The position numbers were made by a program, and so were the translations under genes. 64,000 nt of DNA. Source: Desulfosoma sp. Its GTDB lineage: Bacteria; Desulfobacterota; Syntrophobacteria; Syntrophobacterales; DSM-9756. Positions 59,688 through 64,000 of the stretch are shown piece after piece (positions within the stretch are counted from its first letter, which is position 1; the number at the start of each line of letters is the position of its first letter). A model generated the notes under the pieces. That model did no database searches. It was given only the letters and a program-made list of their open reading frames with translations, and was not told the origin of the DNA. The stretch covers positions 96,001 through 160,000 of the forward strand of contig JBBFKW010000008.1 in the NCBI GenBank assembly GCA_037481835.1. The letters run 5' to 3'.

Positions 59688-60122
59688 TCAGGATTTTACC
59701 TGCCGGGACACCATGTCTTCCTTTGCGGCCTGGACCATGGCGACGACAAACCGAGCGCCTTCCCGCGCCTCCCGGGCATCATCCAGACCGTATTCTTCCG
59801 TGGGGATGAAGTCGATGTCCCCGGAGAAGGCCAGTTCGCGTTCCTTGCGCAGCTTCTTGGAAATGCGCGCCGCCGCAGGAATCCGTGAGGCCACTTCGGG
59901 GCAGAAGCGATGGGCATGCTCCATGAGCAACCCGCCCACATCGTGATACTTGGGAGGTTCCACACCGGCAAAACGCAAAAGCCCTTTAAGAGCCAGTTCG
60001 ACGATTTCTTGCGCCTCCCGAACCACGTCCGAATAGGCTCCCTTGCCCATGAGAAGGTCCGGAATATCCAGGCGATCGATCGCCTTGCGCAGACAGCTTT
60101 CGGCGAGGGTGAGATTCGTCAT
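59688..60122 (-). CDS. HEPN domain protein (toxin of MNT-HEPN pair)
   Basis: AQEIVELALKG, PPKYHD, RELAFSGDIDFIPTEEY. Confidence 0.85.
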   Translation of the reverse strand: MTNLTLAESCLRKAIDRLDIPDLLMGKGAYSDVVREAQEIVELALKGLLRFAGVEPPKYHDVGGLLMEHAHRFCPEVASRIPAAARISKKLRKERELAFSGDIDFIPTEEYGLDDAREAREGARFVVAMVQAAKEDMVSRQVKS

Positions 60123-60124
60123 GG

Positions 60125-60634
60125 CTAGAGCTCAAAGATTTCGCCCGGCTTGTAGTCCGGTTTGAGGTCCCAGTACCACGCACTTCCCTGACGAATGCGC
60201 TTGGCTCCGAGCACCTTCAACCGTTCGGCAAGGCGTGTTAAAACTTTTCGGAAAAAGTCGTCGCGGTCGAACAAAATCCTTGCATCTTCCACCATGTCGA
60301 GAAAAAGGGGGGATCCCGCCAAAGCCTCGTCGGGCGTCTTGAAGACGACGGAAATGGGCATGGATTCCGGCTCCGCTGCCGAAATGCCCAAGGATCCCCA
60401 CAAGGCTTCCTCCACCGCATCGAATTCTTCCTGGCGTTTCATGCGTCCCCGGGGCAACCCCGTGGCGATGAGGAACACGTCCAAGTCGGATTCGCCGTGG
60501 TGGGTGCCTCGCGCCACCGATCCGTAGAGGACCAAGGAGACCAATCGATCCCCGTAATGGCGCAGGCACTGGGCCAACAGAGCCTCCGTCAACGCCTTTA
60601 TGGACTCTTGGTCCCGCCCGAGTTCTTTCGTCAT
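60125..60634 (-). CDS. Minimal nucleotidyltransferase (MNT antitoxin)
   Basis: LYGSVARG...SDLD motif; directly upstream of the HEPN gene. Confidence 0.88.
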   Translation of the reverse strand: MTKELGRDQESIKALTEALLAQCLRHYGDRLVSLVLYGSVARGTHHGESDLDVFLIATGLPRGRMKRQEEFDAVEEALWGSLGISAAEPESMPISVVFKTPDEALAGSPLFLDMVEDARILFDRDDFFRKVLTRLAERLKVLGAKRIRQGSAWYWDLKPDYKPGEIFEL

Positions 60635-60800
60635 GGTCCCCCTTTCATGAACCGGTGCCTGCGGTTTTTCCCATCCGGATGGCTTTCTTTTTCACCATAC
60701 TCAACCGGCGCCGAAAGGAAAGAGTCCGTCCATGGCTTTTGGGCTCATGGGGAGCCGTTGACATGGGGACGGGTTTTTTATACATGATATGCACGTTCGA

Positions 60801-60862
60801 AAGGCAATGAAGTCTGCCTGAACCGCCCCTGCCTCGCACGGCGTGGGGATGATGACTTCTCC
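60801..60862 (+). ncRNA. Fluoride riboswitch (crcB motif)
   Basis: GGCAATGAAGTCTGCC-TGAACCG-CCCC...GGGG-ATGATGACTTCTC: P1 GGCA/TGCC, pseudoknot GAAGTC/GACTTC, conserved AUG and UGAUG; TTGACA about 40 nt upstream. Confidence 0.9.
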
Positions 60863-60947
60863 ACGGCGGTGGCGGTTGCCCATGGACGGCAACCGTCCTT
60901 CCGACCTGCGGGCGGGGTTGCGGGCGTGCACTCGTTGTTTCCGGAAG

Positions 60948-60981
60948 AAACCCCATCCGCAGGGGCGGATGGGGTTTTTTT
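60948..60981 (+). terminator. Leader intrinsic terminator (probable riboswitch expression platform)
   Basis: CCCCATCCGC-AGGG-GCGGATGGGG-T7 just before the dynamin gene RBS. Confidence 0.85.
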
Positions 60982-61009
60982 GTGGGAACACCCTCAGGAG
61001 GACACGGCG

Positions 61010-62797
61010 ATGCTGGAAAGTTACCGACACATGCAGGCGCGGCTTCTCAACGTCTTGGAAGACATGAGGACCCTGAAAAGGGAAAACCTGGACGACGCTC
61101 TCGTGGGCAGGGTCGACGAATTGGCGGAAAAAATCCGCCAAAGCGCTTTTTACCTTGTGGTGCTCGGAGAATTCAAGCGGGGCAAGAGCACCCTGGTCAA
61201 CGCCATCCTCAAGGACAACCTTCTTCCGACGGCCGTGGTGCCGCTCACCTCCATCGTGACCATGATCCGCTACGGCCCCGATGAAGAAATCCTCGTTCGG
61301 TTCAAGGATGGACGAACGGAGTCCATCCATCGGGGCCGACTGGCCGACTACGTCACCGAAAAAGGCAACCCGGACAACGCCAAGGGCGTGGACCGCGTGG
61401 AAATCGCCTATCCGGCGGAAACCCTCCGCGGAGGCGTCCACCTCATCGACACGCCGGGGGTGGGATCCATTTTCGAAACCAACACGCAGGCCACTTACGA
61501 TTTTCTGCCCAAGGTGGATGCAGCCCTGTTCCTGTTCACCGCGGATCCGCCCATCAGCCAATCGGAACTGGCCTTTCTGCGGGACGTGCGCCAGTACGTC
61601 ACCAAGATCTTTTTCGTCCAAAACAAGATCGACGTCGTGGATCCCGAGGATCGGGAAGAGTCCCTGGAATTTTCCAAACAGGTGCTCAAGGACGTCATCG
61701 GCGACGGCGAGATCCGGATCTTGCCCCTGTCCGCCAAGCTCGCCCTGGAAGGCCGGCTCAAAGAAGATCCTGCGAAAATCTCCCAGAGCTACTTTCCCCG
61801 GCTGGAAGAGGTCCTCACGCGGTTTCTCACGCAGGAGAAGGGGCGGGTGCTGCTCCAGTCCGCCGTCCAAGCGGCGCGCAAGATCCTCAACGATGTGGAA
61901 TTTTCCGTCCAACTGGAACAGAAAGCCATCGAAATGCCGCTCCAGGACCTGGAACAGAGGATCGCCCTGTTTCAGAAAGAACTCCAAAAGATCCGACGAG
62001 ACCGCGAAGAAAACGGCTATTACTTCGAAGCTGAAATCAAGCGGATCATGGCCTGGTTGGACCGGGAACTGGAACGGCTCCAAAAGGACCATCTGCCGGA
62101 ACTCATGGAAGAGCTGCGCCGGGAGGGAGAAAAAAACCAACATCTGCCCGTGTCCCGATACGTGGAAAAGATGGAAAGCGTGCTCAACGAAGGCATCGTC
62201 CACACCTTCGACGACTGGATCGTCGCACAAGAGAAAGCCTTGAACGAAGAATTCGCCCGCGTCTCCCGACAATACTCGGACCGGACCAACCAGGTCATCG
62301 AACGCCTCATTCAGGCGTCGGCCAAGCTCTTTGACATCCCCTTCGAAACCATCCAAACGGACGAAGCCTTGCGGGCCGACAGCCGCTTTTATTATCTCCT
62401 TGGAGACCCACCCCGATTTTTTGACATCGCCGGTGCGGTGGATTTCTTCTCCCGAAAGCTCATGCCCAAGAGCTTCTCCCAGAAGAAGGTCTTGAGCGAC
62501 CTCATGAAGAAACTGCCGGAACGGATCGATGCCAACTGCGGACGCGTCCGCTCCGATTTCATGCGCCGTCTGCAGGAAAGTTTTCTCGCCTTCCGCTGGA
62601 ACCTGAACGCCAAGATCGACACCACGGCCCAAGGCATCCAGGACGCGTTGGACAAGGCCGTCGCCATGCAAAAGGCCGGGGCGGCCGAAAGGGACCGGAA
62701 GAAGGCCTTGCTCGGCGAAGAGATGCGCGGCATAGTGGCGATCAAAGGAGCCTTGAACCGGATCGCCGAGGACATCGCGTCAGCCGATGTGACATAA
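61010..62797 (+). CDS. Bacterial dynamin-like GTPase
   Basis: G1 GEFKRGKS, G2 VVPLTS, G3 DTPG, G4 NKID; long C-terminal helical stalk; AGGAGG RBS. Confidence 0.88.
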   Translation: MLESYRHMQARLLNVLEDMRTLKRENLDDALVGRVDELAEKIRQSAFYLVVLGEFKRGKSTLVNAILKDNLLPTAVVPLTSIVTMIRYGPDEEILVRFKDGRTESIHRGRLADYVTEKGNPDNAKGVDRVEIAYPAETLRGGVHLIDTPGVGSIFETNTQATYDFLPKVDAALFLFTADPPISQSELAFLRDVRQYVTKIFFVQNKIDVVDPEDREESLEFSKQVLKDVIGDGEIRILPLSAKLALEGRLKEDPAKISQSYFPRLEEVLTRFLTQEKGRVLLQSAVQAARKILNDVEFSVQLEQKAIEMPLQDLEQRIALFQKELQKIRRDREENGYYFEAEIKRIMAWLDRELERLQKDHLPELMEELRREGEKNQHLPVSRYVEKMESVLNEGIVHTFDDWIVAQEKALNEEFARVSRQYSDRTNQVIERLIQASAKLFDIPFETIQTDEALRADSRFYYLLGDPPRFFDIAGAVDFFSRKLMPKSFSQKKVLSDLMKKLPERIDANCGRVRSDFMRRLQESFLAFRWNLNAKIDTTAQGIQDALDKAVAMQKAGAAERDRKKALLGEEMRGIVAIKGALNRIAEDIASADVT

Positions 62798-62996
62798 CCC
62801 TAAAGAGGGACAGATCTCGCTGGGATGGGGGATAAGGGGATTTGTGCACGGGGTCGCTGCGCTCGACCCAACATCCTCGGGACATCGCTGACGCCCGGGG
62901 CCGGCCGTGAGGGTATCGCCCCGAAGGGGCACGGGATCCAAGCCCGGGCGAAGCCATAGGTTCTGGGATGGGAATCGTTGAAAACGGAGGTTTTTC

Positions 62997-64000
62997 ATGG
63001 CGATCAGTTTGGCTTTGATCATCGTCCTGGGTCTTTTTGCGGACTACGTCTTCAAGAAGCTGAAACTGCCGGGCCTTGTCGGCATGCTCTTGGTGGGCAT
63101 CCTGGTCGGTCCCTATGTTCTGGGCCTCATGCGCCCGGAAATGATGCAAGTTTCCGCCGACTTTCGAAAGATCGCCCTGATCGTCATCCTGCTTCGGGCG
63201 GGCTTTGAGCTTCACAGGGACACCCTCAACCGCGTGGGCCGCGCGGCCTTGACCATGAGCGCCGTGCCGGCCATGTTCGAAATCCTCGGGGTCATGCTGG
63301 TCGCTCCCAAGTGGTTGGGCATAAGCCTTCTGGAAGCCGCCATGCTCGGCGCCATCTTGGGGGCCGTCTCCCCCGCCGTCGTCGTGCCGCTCATGATCGA
63401 CTACATGGATCGGGGTCTGGGATTAAAAAAAGGCGTCCCCACCTTGATCTTGGGGGCCTCGTCCGTGGATGACGTTTTCGTCATCGTGCTTTTCACCATC
63501 TTCCTTGGCATGTACGGCGGCGGCTCGGTCAACGTCTGGGCCAAGCTGGCCGAAATTCCCATTTCCATCGTCCTCGGCATCCTCGTGGGGGCGATCCCAG
63601 GCTATCTTCTCTACAAACTGTTTACGACCTACGACTGGAAACCGCCCAAGAGGACCCTCGTCGTCCTGGGGGTTTCCATCGTGCTCACCTGGCTGGAATC
63701 GGCCGTGGAACATTGGGTTCCCGTGGCGAGCCTCCTGGGGGTCATGGCCATCGGGTTCGTCATTCTGGAAAAGGCGGAACCCATCGCCCACCTCATTTCC
63801 CAAAAGCTGAAAAAGCTTTGGGTCTTCGCCGAGTTGCTGCTGTTCGTCCTCGTCGGGGCCCAGGTGAACATCCACGTGGCGTGGAAGGCGGGCCTGGCGG
63901 GCACGGCCGTCATTTTTGTGGGCCTGATCTTCCGCAGCCTCGGCACCTGGGTGTCCCTGTGGGGAACGCCTCTGAACTGGAAGGAAAAAGTCTTCTGCGT
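62997..64000 (+). CDS. Cation:proton antiporter (NHA2/CPA2-like), runs off the window end
   Basis: MAISLALIIVLGL...LPGLVGML...IALIVILLRAG...AVSPAVVVP...ASSVDDVF; GGAGG RBS. Confidence 0.88.
   Translation, partial: MAISLALIIVLGLFADYVFKKLKLPGLVGMLLVGILVGPYVLGLMRPEMMQVSADFRKIALIVILLRAGFELHRDTLNRVGRAALTMSAVPAMFEILGVMLVAPKWLGISLLEAAMLGAILGAVSPAVVVPLMIDYMDRGLGLKKGVPTLILGASSVDDVFVIVLFTIFLGMYGGGSVNVWAKLAEIPISIVLGILVGAIPGYLLYKLFTTYDWKPPKRTLVVLGVSIVLTWLESAVEHWVPVASLLGVMAIGFVILEKAEPIAHLISQKLKKLWVFAELLLFVLVGAQVNIHVAWKAGLAGTAVIFVGLIFRSLGTWVSLWGTPLNWKEKVFC

Noticed and set aside
62849..62872. Second riboswitch before the antiporter
   Set aside because: The hairpin GGGTCGCTGCGCTCGACCC is a degenerate REP copy (similar to one near 39683), not an aptamer.

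Overview
GC-rich chromosomal window, most consistent with a sulfate-reducing Desulfobacterota (Syntrophobacterales-like) genome; this taxonomy is inferred from gene content only. It holds core genes (selB 5' part, mltG, trkAH, uvrC, recN, cobB, a plsB-like acyltransferase, tRNA-Pro and tRNA-Arg), a Wzx/Wzy polysaccharide cluster, a rhodanese plus two YeeE/YedE sulfur-transport genes, a patch of decayed genes, two sensor kinases, an ABC exporter pair and an MNT-HEPN toxin-antitoxin pair. The most notable items are: (1) a clear fluoride (crcB-type) riboswitch with a leader terminator in front of a bacterial dynamin-like GTPase and a cation/H+ antiporter; (2) a RAYT/REP locus carrying a CRISPR-like 36-bp repeat/36-bp spacer/36-bp repeat built from a REP, a C-rich higher-order satellite, and a 384-bp tandem amplification showing empty and filled REPIN sites; (3) a tyrosine-recombinase-derived TOBE regulator (TunR-like) with an 11-6-11 palindromic operator in front of a TauE/TSUP gene; (4) a Ser1 proteasome-beta-like protein in an NfeD/SPFH operon; (5) a 99-bp MITE that rewrote a peptidase C-terminus. 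All calls come from reading the sequence; no database searches were run.
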